The position numbers and the translations under genes are program-made. Positions 1 to 10,204 of a stretch of 64,000 bases of DNA are shown here, piece by piece (position 1 is the stretch's first letter; every line of letters begins with the position of its first letter). This DNA comes from an uncultured Ignavibacteria bacterium (GTDB lineage: Bacteria; Bacteroidota; Ignavibacteria; UBA10030; UBA6906): positions 1,356-65,355 of the forward strand of contig CAVPBI010000031.1 in assembly GCA_963701735.1 (NCBI GenBank), given 5' to 3'. A model generated the notes under the pieces. It was not told the DNA's origin. It did no database searches and was given only the letters and a program-made list of their open reading frames with translations.

Positions 1-2226
1 GAGTTCCCCGGATGCGACACGAAGACCTACTGGAATCCGGACGTTCCCGGGCGCACGCTGCAGATGGCGCAGGTGATGCGGCGCGCGGGGGTGGAGTACC
101 TCTCGATGAGCCGCTTCAGCAAGGGGCTCTATTCCTGGTTCAGTCCCGACGGCTCCTCCGTCCTCGCGTTCAGTCCCGGCCACTACGCCGACTTCAAAGC
201 CCGCGTGGAAGGCGCGGGATTCGAACAGGCCGCGGGGTATGTCGCTTCGTCAGCCATCGACTGGCTGAATGCGACACACTTCGTCTCTCAGGATCTCCCC
301 CTGATCTCCATGTCCGATATGAGCGGCCCCGACAGATACGATACCCTGCTCGGAAAGTGGAGCACGCTCGGGAAGATCGTGAATACGGATGGCTCCTTCA
401 CGCCACTCTCCCTCCCTCCCATCCGGTATTCGACCCTGCAGCAGTATCTCGACAGGATTGCGCCGTCTCAGTCCAGACTCCCCGCCATTCACGGCGAGCG
501 GCCGAATATCTGGCTGTACATTCACGGACCGACGCACCATCACGCGATCAGCGCGAAGCGGGAGGCGGATGTCCTGCTCCCCGCCGCCGAGATCTTCAAC
601 ACCGTCGATGCGCTTCTTGGCAACTCATTTGCCTCGTATCCACAGGCCGCCCTGACCGAGGCGTGGGAGGCGCAGCTCTATCCGGATCACGGCTGGGGCG
701 GGAAGAACGGTGAGATCACCGACAGCACGTTCCAGGCGAAGTACGAATCGGCCAGAGACATCTCGGGCGGACTTCTGACGCGCTCGTTGCAGTCGATTTC
801 GTCGCGCATCAAGGGCGCATCAGGGTCGGGAATGCGGGTCGTTGTCTTCAACGCGCTCTCATGGAAGCGTTCGGGGCCCGTCCGGGTCACCGTGTATCCG
901 GGCGTCGGGGAAGCCGGCTCAGGCATCGATCTGTACGACAGCGCCGGCAAGAACGTGCCGGTCCAGGTGGACGTCAAGCAACGACACAAGGACGGAAGCG
1001 TCGCATCGGCCGAGATCCTGTTCGTCGCAACGGAAATCCCTCCGATCGGGTATGCGACGTACTATGCGCGCGGGTCCAGGGAAGCCCGGCCTCCCCGGAC
1101 GCATGCACAGGGAGTGACGTCGCTTGAAAGCACGTACTATCAGGTCCAGCTCGGGCCCGGCGGCGTGAAACAGATTGTCGACAGGGAACTGAACGAATCC
1201 CTGCTGGAGACTGGCAAGTTCCTGGGCGGAGAGCTGTTCACGATGCAGTCGGTCGGCGAGGATGCCGGCGAGTGGAGCGAACCGCAACAGCCAACGATGG
1301 AGGGGTTCGACAGGCTGGGCCGCCATGCTGCCCGATGGCAGAGGGTGGAATCGGGACCGGTCCGCGACGTCGTGGAAGCCCGGTACGCGCTCGCCAATGC
1401 CACGGTCGTTCAGCGCGTGATTCTCTACGCGACAATCAAGCGGATCGATTTCGAGGTCTCCCTTCTCAAGTGGGACGGGACAAAGTACCGGGAGTTCCGG
1501 CTCGCGTTTCCCGTGCGCGCTGACGAGGGACGGGTTGCATACGAAGTGCCGTTTGGAACGCTTGAGGTCGGGGTGAACGAGATGAAAGGCGCCGCGGGCG
1601 AGAGGTACACCCAGGAAGTGTCGCGCGTGCGTCCCCGGGCGATTCAGAACTGGATCGGACTGTACGGCTCACGCCTCGGCGTGACACTCAGCTCATCCGT
1701 TGCGGTGTGGGACTACATGGACCCGACAGAACCGAAAGCGGAAACGCTCATGCTCCAGCCGGTACTGCTCGCGTCGCGGAGGAGCTGCCACGGAGAAGGC
1801 CCCTGGTACCTGCAGAAGGGGGATCATCACTACCGTTTCTCCCTGACGTCTCATGGCCCGGGGTGGCAGAGCGGGCAGCGCCAGGGTGTGGAGGCGAACA
1901 CGCCCATCACCGCAATCGCTGATCGCCCCGAGAACCCGGCGGCTCACCTGCCCGAATCGGGAAGCTTCGTCTCGCTCGACGCCGACAACCTAGTCCTCAG
2001 CACAATGAAGAAATGCGAGGACGACGAATCGGTGATCGTCAGGGTCTTCGACACTGCAGGAAAAGCCGCAAGCGGCCACCTCACGTTCTTCGCCCCGGTC
2101 CGGAAGGCCGAGGAGACCAACCTCCTCGAGGATGTCAGTGGCACGCTGCCGTCCGAGAAGAACAGGGTCGGGGTCAAGGTCGGGGCGTACGAGATCCGCA
2201 CGATGAAGATCACGCCGGCGAGGTAG
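1..2226 (+). CDS. GH38-family alpha-mannosidase-like glycoside hydrolase (5' end cut by window edge)
   Basis: Frame 1 is open from nt 1 (EFPGCDTKTYWNPDVPGRTLQ precedes the listed Met at 64) to TAG at 2224-2226. NPDVPG..AGVEYLSMSRF..WFSPDGSSVLAF follows the GH38 catalytic-domain pattern (DPFG..Gi..R..F.W...DGs.vl). AWEAQLYPDHGWGG sits where GH38 proteins carry the W..ll..fHD motif. Family assigned from memory of motifs, not from a search. Confidence 0.6.
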   Translation, partial: EFPGCDTKTYWNPDVPGRTLQMAQVMRRAGVEYLSMSRFSKGLYSWFSPDGSSVLAFSPGHYADFKARVEGAGFEQAAGYVASSAIDWLNATHFVSQDLPLISMSDMSGPDRYDTLLGKWSTLGKIVNTDGSFTPLSLPPIRYSTLQQYLDRIAPSQSRLPAIHGERPNIWLYIHGPTHHHAISAKREADVLLPAAEIFNTVDALLGNSFASYPQAALTEAWEAQLYPDHGWGGKNGEITDSTFQAKYESARDISGGLLTRSLQSISSRIKGASGSGMRVVVFNALSWKRSGPVRVTVYPGVGEAGSGIDLYDSAGKNVPVQVDVKQRHKDGSVASAEILFVATEIPPIGYATYYARGSREARPPRTHAQGVTSLESTYYQVQLGPGGVKQIVDRELNESLLETGKFLGGELFTMQSVGEDAGEWSEPQQPTMEGFDRLGRHAARWQRVESGPVRDVVEARYALANATVVQRVILYATIKRIDFEVSLLKWDGTKYREFRLAFPVRADEGRVAYEVPFGTLEVGVNEMKGAAGERYTQEVSRVRPRAIQNWIGLYGSRLGVTLSSSVAVWDYMDPTEPKAETLMLQPVLLASRRSCHGEGPWYLQKGDHHYRFSLTSHGPGWQSGQRQGVEANTPITAIADRPENPAAHLPESGSFVSLDADNLVLSTMKKCEDDESVIVRVFDTAGKAASGHLTFFAPVRKAEETNLLEDVSGTLPSEKNRVGVKVGAYEIRTMKITPAR

Positions 2227-2270
2227 AGCATCGGCGGGACGCCGCGGGTGTCACATTTCGGAGCAATGTC

Positions 2271-3932
2271 ATGAGCACGCGTCTTCTCTCCATCGCAATC
2301 TCTCTCGTCCTGCTCTCTCTTACCGCTCATGCGCAGCCCGTGCTGAGGCTCGTGGACCCGCTGGAGCCGCTCTATCCGGATTCCAACGACACACGACGCT
2401 GGACGCAGCGGTATGAAGCGGACTTCCCGGCCGGTACGGAGGCCGACGTCCATGTGCTCCTCACGGTAGCGCCTGGGGACTCCTTCGCCATCTCCGGCAC
2501 TCTGAACGGTGCGGCGCTCCCCGTCAGTTGCTGGAGCCGGCTGGTGGATGTGCCGGTGGAGCAGAACACGGGGCTGGACAGCCGCACAGAGATGTACACG
2601 AACCAGATCAACCCCTACGTGATCCGCAAGGCTCCGTTCCGCGTCTACGAGGCGCTGCAGCCGCTGACGACCCCAACCGACGCGGCCCGGAATGCCTTCA
2701 CCGCCCTGCGGCTGAGCGTCCCATGGACCATGACCGGCAAGCCCGGGACCTACCGGGTCGAGATTGCAGCGAGCGGACCGGGCTGGAGCCAGCAGGGCAC
2801 ATTCACCGCCACCGTCCATCGCACGCGCCTGCCCAAGCTTTCGGAGGGGACGTTCTTCTACACCAACTGGTTCAGCCTCACCCAGATGGAGGAGAAGCAC
2901 GGACTTACGCGATGGTCAGAAGAATGGTACGCCATGCTGGATGTCTATGCCGCGATGATGGCACACGGGAGGCAGAACTGCATCATTGTCCCGGCGGAAC
3001 TCCTCTCTGTGACGGACGGCCGGATTTCCCTGGACGAGAAGCAGATGCACGCCTTCGTCGAAACATTCCGCCGCCATGGCTTCACCTACTTCGAGTCGCC
3101 GCACCTGATGTACCGCGGAGACGAGGATGACTGGGGAAACCCCGAGCTGAAGGTGTATCTGACGAAGCGGCCCTACGGGACTGCCGAGGCGAAGAAAGAC
3201 GTCGAAACCATCGTCCGGCTGATCAAAGAGTTCACCACCAGGTACGACCTCACGCACAGCTGGCTCCAGCACATCTCCGACGAACCGTCGGCCGTACAGG
3301 CGGCATGCTACAAGGAAGTGGTGAAGCAGGTGCGGTCGATCTATCCCGAGATTCGCATCATGGAGGCGACAACCGACCGCGACACGCTTGCGGGAGCCGT
3401 GGACATCTGGTGTCCGACCATCGACGACTTTCAGAAGAACGAGGCGTTCTTCCGCGGCCGCGAACGGCTGAACGAAAAGGTGCTGGTGTATACCTGCCTG
3501 GTTCCGGGAGGGAAATGGCTGAACCGGCTCCTCGACCAGGAGCGGTTACGGCTGGTCTACTTCGGCTGGGGCGCTGCCCACTACAACACGTTCGGCTATC
3601 TTCACTGGGGGCTGAACCAGTACCTGATGCCCGACCCGTTCACACAGAGCGTCGTGCATCACCCTTCTCCGGCCGCCACACCGAACAACTTCCTGCCCGC
3701 CGGGGACACGCACATCGTCTACCCCGGCCCCGCAGGCCCGCTGTCTTCGACGCGGTTTGAAGCCTTCCGCGTCGGGGTCGAGGACTTCGAGCTGCTGCAG
3801 ATGATGAAGAAGAAGGATGCTTCGAAGGCGGCCGATTGTATCCGGCTGGTCTTCAGAGACTACACCGACTACAGCACCGACGTCACCGCCTACCGCGCCG
3901 CGCGCAAGGCGCTGCTTGACGGACTGGACTGA
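2271..3932 (+). CDS. DUF4091-type glycoside-hydrolase-like secreted protein
   Basis: ATG at 2271 gives a signal peptide, MSTRLLSIAISLVLLSLTAHA. The upstream part of ORF 2013..3932 overlaps the preceding gene. The C-terminal half (VDIWCPTIDDF, VLVYTCLVPGGKWLNRLLD, GYLHWGLNQY) resembles the DUF4091 pattern as I remember it. Confidence 0.5.
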   Translation: MSTRLLSIAISLVLLSLTAHAQPVLRLVDPLEPLYPDSNDTRRWTQRYEADFPAGTEADVHVLLTVAPGDSFAISGTLNGAALPVSCWSRLVDVPVEQNTGLDSRTEMYTNQINPYVIRKAPFRVYEALQPLTTPTDAARNAFTALRLSVPWTMTGKPGTYRVEIAASGPGWSQQGTFTATVHRTRLPKLSEGTFFYTNWFSLTQMEEKHGLTRWSEEWYAMLDVYAAMMAHGRQNCIIVPAELLSVTDGRISLDEKQMHAFVETFRRHGFTYFESPHLMYRGDEDDWGNPELKVYLTKRPYGTAEAKKDVETIVRLIKEFTTRYDLTHSWLQHISDEPSAVQAACYKEVVKQVRSIYPEIRIMEATTDRDTLAGAVDIWCPTIDDFQKNEAFFRGRERLNEKVLVYTCLVPGGKWLNRLLDQERLRLVYFGWGAAHYNTFGYLHWGLNQYLMPDPFTQSVVHHPSPAATPNNFLPAGDTHIVYPGPAGPLSSTRFEAFRVGVEDFELLQMMKKKDASKAADCIRLVFRDYTDYSTDVTAYRAARKALLDGLD

Positions 3933-3940
3933 CAGCAACA

Positions 3941-3966
3941 ATCGGGCGCCCCGGAGGGCGCCCGAT
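3941..3966. terminator. Perfect 11-bp-stem hairpin between convergent genes (possible bidirectional terminator)
   Basis: ATCGGGCGCCC-cgga-GGGCGCCCGAT lies 9 nt after the stop of the plus-strand gene (3932) and 78 nt after the stop of the minus-strand GH3 gene (4044). There is no clear U-tract on either strand. Confidence 0.55.
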
Positions 3967-4043
3967 CTGATTGCTGCACGCTTCGGCACTGCCTGCGCCG
4001 GAGTCGACACCTGAGCGCTCCCGCAAGCCGTGAGCCGGTCTCG

Positions 4044-6746
4044 TTATTGCACGGTCAGGGTCCCCTGCAGCCGGATGTCCGTCGACGAGCCGCCGACCAG
4101 AATCCGGAACTCTCCCGGCTCCACGACTCTCTTCAGCTCCTTGTCGAGCAGCTCGAGCATCGCGGGCGTAATCGTAAAGGAGAGCTCCCGCGACTCCCCG
4201 GCACGCAGGTGGACCCGCTGGAAGCTTTTCAATTCTATCACCGGCCTCGCGACGCTCGCGACCGGATCCTTCAGGTAGAGCTGGACGACCTCATCCCCGT
4301 CGCGTGATCCCGTGTTCTTCACCGTAAACCGAAGCCGCACAGAATCGCGGGCGCTGATCGATTCCTTGTCGAGTTTCAGACCACTGTAGGCAAACGAGGT
4401 GTAGCTCAGCCCGAACCCGAAGGGAAACAGCGGCTCGCCGGGCAGGTCGGAGTAGTAGTCGAGCCGTCCCGTCGGCTTGTGATTGTAGATCAGCGGCACC
4501 TGACCCACGGCGACCGGGAATGTGATCGGCAGGCGGCCGGCAGGATTGTAGTCGCCAAACAGCACGTCTGCCACGGCGTTCCCACCCTCTTCCCCCGGAT
4601 ACCAGACATCCAGAACGCCATCCACATCGTCAAGCCACGGATCCATCGTGATCGCGCTGCCTCCCAGAAGAGCGACGACGACCGGCTTGCCCGTTGCGGC
4701 CACGGCGCGGATCAGCTCCGGCTGGTGGCCGGGCAGTCCGAGAAAGGCCCGGTCGAACGATTCACCTTCAATGATTCCGACGGCGATGACCGCGACATCG
4801 CTCCTCCGCGCGGCCTGTACGGCCTGGTCGATCCTGGCGCGCCAGCCTTTGTCCACACCGTGATCCCACAGGAGCCGCAAACGTCCGAATCCGGTCGTCT
4901 CACGGTATTCGACCTTCAGTGCACATGCCCGGCCCTGAACGACATCAAGCTCCTTCATGACCCTGGTGTTCGACCGCTTCTCCCACGCGTCGATGACCAG
5001 CGCGTCGTTCACATAGAGCCGGTACCCGTCGTTCCCCTCGAGTCCGATCTTCAGTGTGCCGCTTTTCGGTGGGACGAGCTCGCCGGTCCATCGCACGGAG
5101 AACCAGTCGCGGGAGATGCCCTGATGTGGGGGGAAGAGGGTCCAGTTGCCTTGCAACTGGTTATCGACGCGCTGGAGTCTGGGCTGGCCTGAAAGGTCCG
5201 TGTTGTCCCAGAACGTGGCGAGGAGCCCGTTCACGGTCTTGCCATCGGCGGTGCACCGCAGGTACTCCTGCGGGACAACGACCGCCTCCGGATCTGTCCG
5301 CTTGCACCCTTCGGCATAGATGACGTTCGCCGACTTCCCCAGCTTCTCCTGAATGCCCTTGAGTATCGAGACCTTGTCGTTCCCCGGGCCGCTGTACCCC
5401 CCGAGGCGCATCTCCGCCGCATCCGGGCCGATCACTGCGACAGATGACATCCCCTTCTTGAGCGGCAGGACGCTGTTGTGGTTCTTGAGCAGAACGATCG
5501 CTTCACGGGCAGCCTGGCGGGCGAGCTTGCGATGGTCGGGGTGGCCGTTCCACTTTGCCGCCTCTTCCGGATCGGCGTAGGGCCTGTCAAAGAGCCCCAG
5601 CTCGAACTTGGCCCGCAGCGCCCGCGTCACGGCATCGTCCACCGCGGCAGGATCGATGTACTGGCTCTCGATGGCCTTCCTGAAGAAGAGCTCGAAATGA
5701 TCTACGCTCGTCTGCAGGACCACGTCCTGGCCGTTCTCGATCGCCTGTTTCATGGATTCCGCATAGTCCCCCGACGTGCGATGCAGGTCGTTCATGCCTC
5801 CCACCGAGCCGGCATCCGAAATCACGAAACCCTGAAAACCCCACTCCTTCTTCAGCTTCTTCCTGAGAAGCCAATCGTTGGCGGTGCAGGGCCGGCCGTC
5901 CAGCGAATTGTACGACGTCATCACCGAACGCGAGCCGCCAGCCGCGAAGCACTCCTTGAAAGGCGGGAAATACGTCTCCTCCAGCATCCGCTCATTCCAG
6001 TGCGCAGGATAGCTGTCCCTGCCGCCGTCTCCGTGGTTCGCGACAAAATGCTTCGGGGTGGTGACGATGCCCTGCTTCTCGAACTCCCTGACGAATGCCA
6101 CACCCATCACCGAGGAGAGATACGGATCCTCGCCGTACGACTCTTCGACCCTGCCCCACCGGACGTCGGTGGCGACATTCACAACCGGTGAAAGCACCTG
6201 GCGTATACCCCGCGTGCGCGTTTCCGTGGCCACTGCCTGAAAGACCCGCGACGCCAGCTCCGGATTCCAGGTCGCGGCCAGGGCGATGGATTGCGGGAAC
6301 GACGTCGCCCCGTCCCGCACCAGGCCGTGCAAGGCTTCATCGAACGGCATGATGGGAATGCCCAGCCTCGTTTCCTCCACGAAGAACCGCTGCATGGAGT
6401 TGATCTTCTCCGCCGCCGTGCGTGCCGTACCTGAGGAGCCGTAGCTCATGAGGTGCTCCGAAACGTCGTCGCTCGCGGCTTTCGTCTCCGTCTGCAGGCC
6501 GAAGATGCCGTGACGATATTTCTCGTTCCCCCCGTCGAGATCCCCGGGCACCATGAAGAGCTGCCAGAACTTCTCCTCCAGCGTCATCCGTGAGAGGAGG
6601 TCCTTTACCCGCCGCTCCACCGGGACGTTTGGATCCTTGTACTGCGGCGTGTGATCGCCCTGCCCCGGACAGCCAAGAGCAAGCCCCGCCAGAATGAAGA
6701 CCAGCAGAAAGCGTATCGCGGCCATGGGAAGACTCCGAGTATTCAT
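4044..6746 (-). CDS. GH3 beta-glucosidase/beta-hexosidase with inserted PA14 domain; lipoprotein-type signal (LALGC)
   Basis: Intact 900-aa ORF. GH3 N-terminal motifs are present: RLGIPIMPFDEALHG, VNVATDVRWGRVEESYGEDPYL, FVISDAGSVGG. A PA14-like insert (GLLATFWDNTDLSGQPRLQRVDNQLQGNW...YRLYVND) and a C-terminal fibronectin-like domain follow. Confidence 0.9.
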   Translation of the reverse strand: MNTRSLPMAAIRFLLVFILAGLALGCPGQGDHTPQYKDPNVPVERRVKDLLSRMTLEEKFWQLFMVPGDLDGGNEKYRHGIFGLQTETKAASDDVSEHLMSYGSSGTARTAAEKINSMQRFFVEETRLGIPIMPFDEALHGLVRDGATSFPQSIALAATWNPELASRVFQAVATETRTRGIRQVLSPVVNVATDVRWGRVEESYGEDPYLSSVMGVAFVREFEKQGIVTTPKHFVANHGDGGRDSYPAHWNERMLEETYFPPFKECFAAGGSRSVMTSYNSLDGRPCTANDWLLRKKLKKEWGFQGFVISDAGSVGGMNDLHRTSGDYAESMKQAIENGQDVVLQTSVDHFELFFRKAIESQYIDPAAVDDAVTRALRAKFELGLFDRPYADPEEAAKWNGHPDHRKLARQAAREAIVLLKNHNSVLPLKKGMSSVAVIGPDAAEMRLGGYSGPGNDKVSILKGIQEKLGKSANVIYAEGCKRTDPEAVVVPQEYLRCTADGKTVNGLLATFWDNTDLSGQPRLQRVDNQLQGNWTLFPPHQGISRDWFSVRWTGELVPPKSGTLKIGLEGNDGYRLYVNDALVIDAWEKRSNTRVMKELDVVQGRACALKVEYRETTGFGRLRLLWDHGVDKGWRARIDQAVQAARRSDVAVIAVGIIEGESFDRAFLGLPGHQPELIRAVAATGKPVVVALLGGSAITMDPWLDDVDGVLDVWYPGEEGGNAVADVLFGDYNPAGRLPITFPVAVGQVPLIYNHKPTGRLDYYSDLPGEPLFPFGFGLSYTSFAYSGLKLDKESISARDSVRLRFTVKNTGSRDGDEVVQLYLKDPVASVARPVIELKSFQRVHLRAGESRELSFTITPAMLELLDKELKRVVEPGEFRILVGGSSTDIRLQGTLTVQ

Positions 6747-6826
6747 ATGTTACTTCACCCCTTGATGCTTACATCATGGGTATGCTGCGTACAACCTGGT
6801 AGTGAGAACAACGCTACGGATGAGGC

Positions 6827-9800
6827 CTACTCCACCCTCACCGTAACGATCCCGTTCGCGGGGATGTCGATCACGTCCACCTTCTTCCCCTTCTCCTCCG
6901 CCGGGCTGCTCATGTAGATCGATCTCGGGCCCCCGGTGAATTTCAGCGTTGCCGCTTCAGGGCGGCCGCCGGCGTTGAACAGGCGAACGATGTATCCGCG
7001 CCCCCCGTTGACCGGCTTCAGGTACGACACGAGGATATTCCGCGGCACGACCTCGAACAGGGTCGCCGGCTTCGGGACACGCGCTTCAACCTGCCGGACC
7101 ACAAGAGGCTGGCTGCGTTCGATGCCCGCGCGCATCACGTCGACCTGATTGTACTGCCCGTGAGGGATGATCGAATACCGATACGAGCTGACCCCCTCCT
7201 GGTCCGCCTTGTAGTTGGTGTGCCAGTAGTTGTTCATGACGTACGATGCCAGCCGGGGAGACGAGCCCGTCGACGTCTTCCAGTAGGGATTCCGCGGAGA
7301 CGGAAGCTCGCTGTTCAGATCTCCCACCTCGACCAGCGGAGCTTCAGACACTGTCAGCGTCACACCGTAGTCCTGATTGGATACGTCCGCCCAGCGCTGG
7401 GCGGAGAAGTAGTCCTTGCACGACCCGGGGAGCTGATCCGCTTCCGGGCGAATGACCGCAAACCCGAGGTCGATGCGCGTGACAGCCTCCGGAACCGCAA
7501 ACGGGAAGCCAAAATGCACGCTCTCTTTGGTCCTGACCATCTTCTTGTCGATCGTGTTGATCACGTCCACCCTCCCCGCCCCGCTGACCATGCGGATCTC
7601 GCGTGTCAGGCTGTTGCAGCCGGGGGCGTCCGACGTCACGACAAATGACGCAACGAGCGGTCCATGTTCTTTCACGGTGATGGACGGCTTCCCGTTCCGC
7701 ACGGCCTCACGGGCGTCGAGCCCGGCCATATACAGATACTCATTCAACCCGCCGCCCTGAGTCGTGTCGACATACTCGATCGCAGGAAAGAGCGTTCTCA
7801 ACCGGGTGATCGCCCCGGTCGTGCCGCTCAACACCACTTCAAATTGGCGTCGCTCAGCGTCGTTTCGCCGATCCGGAGGTCGCTCGCGAACGCTGACGTC
7901 CCCGCATGAAGCGTGTAGCGCTTTGCACCCAGGCCGGAACGTCGTGAGCGAGGAACGCGAGATCCCCGTTTGACAGTCGCTGGCTCGGGATTGCGTTCCC
8001 CTTCTCATCGCGCACCACGTCGCCGGTCGTGCTTCCCGCCCGCGGAATGACAACGAGGTCGGTGCGGTTCCACGAGTTCGTGTTGATGACATCGAAAGCG
8101 CTGGACACAGGCGCGGCGGAGGGGAGGGCGAGAATCGCCGTGCGCAGCTCCGCGGAAGCCCGGGCGCCATCCATCGCAAACCGGCGCTTGATGTCCCATT
8201 GCTTCATCTGGAAGGAACTGTCCGGATCGTTGATGCTGTTGTGCGCCCCCCACGTGTGCTCGTCGAAAAGGAGGACCTGCTTCCAGGCCTCATAGAACTT
8301 CCCCTCGTCGTACTTCGCGGGGGCGATAAGCGCCGAGAGTGCCTCGGTCTGCACGAGCTGCTCGGCGGACGTGCGGTTCACGCCAAGCTCGTATGCCGTC
8401 GAAGCAGCACCGTCTTCCCAGTACGGCGTGAAATCGCCGGTGACCGTGGGAAGGACATCGCCATACTTCCTCTCGAACTCGCTGAAGAGCTGTTCGGCCG
8501 TCGCAATGACAATCTTCGGCGACACGATACTTCTCATTCCAGTCTTTCACGTACTGCGGCAGCTCAGGATCGACGGTTCCGTTGTCCCCGCCAATCGTGT
8601 GCCTCATCTGAATCATGTCGTACGGGTAGGCGATGGCGTCGAGCCATTCGAAGTACCGGAAGAAGCTCCTGAGGAAGCTGATCCGGTTCGTGTTGCCCGA
8701 TGCCACCCCGGCGAAGAACGAGCCGTATCCGAAGCCTGTGACCCAGTACAGGATGCGCTCGGCGCCGGACGGCGACACCCAGTAGAACGGCCGGTCCGCC
8801 CACGCCCTGTTGGTGTGACCGGTTCTATCGCCGCCGAGGTACGTACCGTTCGGGCCGCTGGAGAAATACGTGATCCCGGCCTGTGCAACCGCGGGGACCA
8901 TATTCCAGGTCATCCCCGGGATGTCGGACATCATCGCCGTCGTCAGGCTCAATCCGTACTTCTCTTTGAGAGACCGGGAGTACCCCGAAAGCCGGAAGAA
9001 CTCCTCCGGCCTCATGATGCCCGTCAGATTGTTCGAGAACAGCGCCTGAAGGCTCATGCTGCCGCCTTTGACCGCCGCGAGGAACTCCTTCCGCTCGGCA
9101 TCCGTGGCATTCGCCATGAACGTCTCGACGGCCCAGGAAACCTCCGTGTTCCACTTGAACCGCGCCTCGGCAGGATACGATGCGGTCTTCTTGATCAGTC
9201 CCAGAGCATCGTAGATGTTCTTCACATGCTTCTTCAGGACTTCCGTCTGGATGTCCGTGTACCCGATATCATTGTGTGCGTGCGGGAGCAGATAGATGGT
9301 CCGCTTCATCACCGGCTTCACCGTCGCCGTGACACGCTCGGGGGGGGCGCCGTCGACGGACACGCTGACCGCGATCTCCCTCGGGGCCTGTACCGCAGGG
9401 AGCTGGATGTCGAATGTGTTCGGGCCCTTCACCAGCTCCATCCGCTTCTCTTTCCCGCCATCCACGGACACCACGGCCTGCCCCTTCTCCTTGTGCGTAT
9501 GTGATGGCCACGCAGACTGTCTGCTCGAGCCCGCTGCCACCTTTGACGAGGTACGGTAGCGGGAGGACTTCGATCGTGGCGTCCCGCAGGTCGTAGGCGA
9601 ATGTCATGAACCAGTCGCTCGAGTTTGCCTTCTCGCCGACAACCCGCAGCCGCAGCGGCTCTCCCTTCTTCACGCGCGCCAGAGGCACCTTGAGCGTCAT
9701 GTATCCGTTGGCATCCCCTGCCGCATCCGGCTTCACGAGCCGGAAGCTCAATTCCGAACCGTCCGCCGCCGTCTCGGTCCAATGCGGCGGATTGACCCCT

Positions 9801-10204
9801 TTCTGGGACTTGATGTCGAACGTCTTCCCGTCGTTGATGAAGAACGCGAACGTCCTGTTGGCCGCGCTCGTCACCGTCGAGTAGCTCACGATCCATGTGA
9901 ACTCGACATACTGGCCGGAAGCCTTCGTCGGGACAGCCTCCGTTTCCCACTCGATATTCATGTCCCCCGTCGTGCATCTGGTGAGGAGCGCGGCCGATGC
10001 CAGGGGGTTGAAGCACATGTAGTCCAGGCGATCGCCGGCAATCGTCCTGACGTATCCCTTCAGGGGAACGGTGCCTCCGTCCTGAGCGGGCGGCGTCAGG
10101 GCAGCGGCGTGCTGAGCTGCCGCGGCGGAGATCGCGATGATGCATCCGACCGTGATCGCGATGGCCGCCGCGGCTGTCATCGTATGGGACAGGGTTCTTT
10201 TCAT
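6827..10204 (-). CDS. GH38 alpha-mannosidase, secreted; interrupted by about 4 frameshifts as sequenced
   Basis: Fragments are 9269..10465 (signal peptide MKRTLSHTMTAAAAIAITVGC from the ATG at 10204), 8290..9540 (YLLPHAHNDIGYTD, the GH38 metal-site motif), 7854..8537 (EAWKQVLLFDEHTWGAHNS) and 6827..8179 (GH38 C-terminal beta-sandwich). The reading continues sensibly in another frame at about 9498, 8525, 7928 and 7843. The ATG overlaps the upstream stop (ATGA at 10201-10204). Confidence 0.85.
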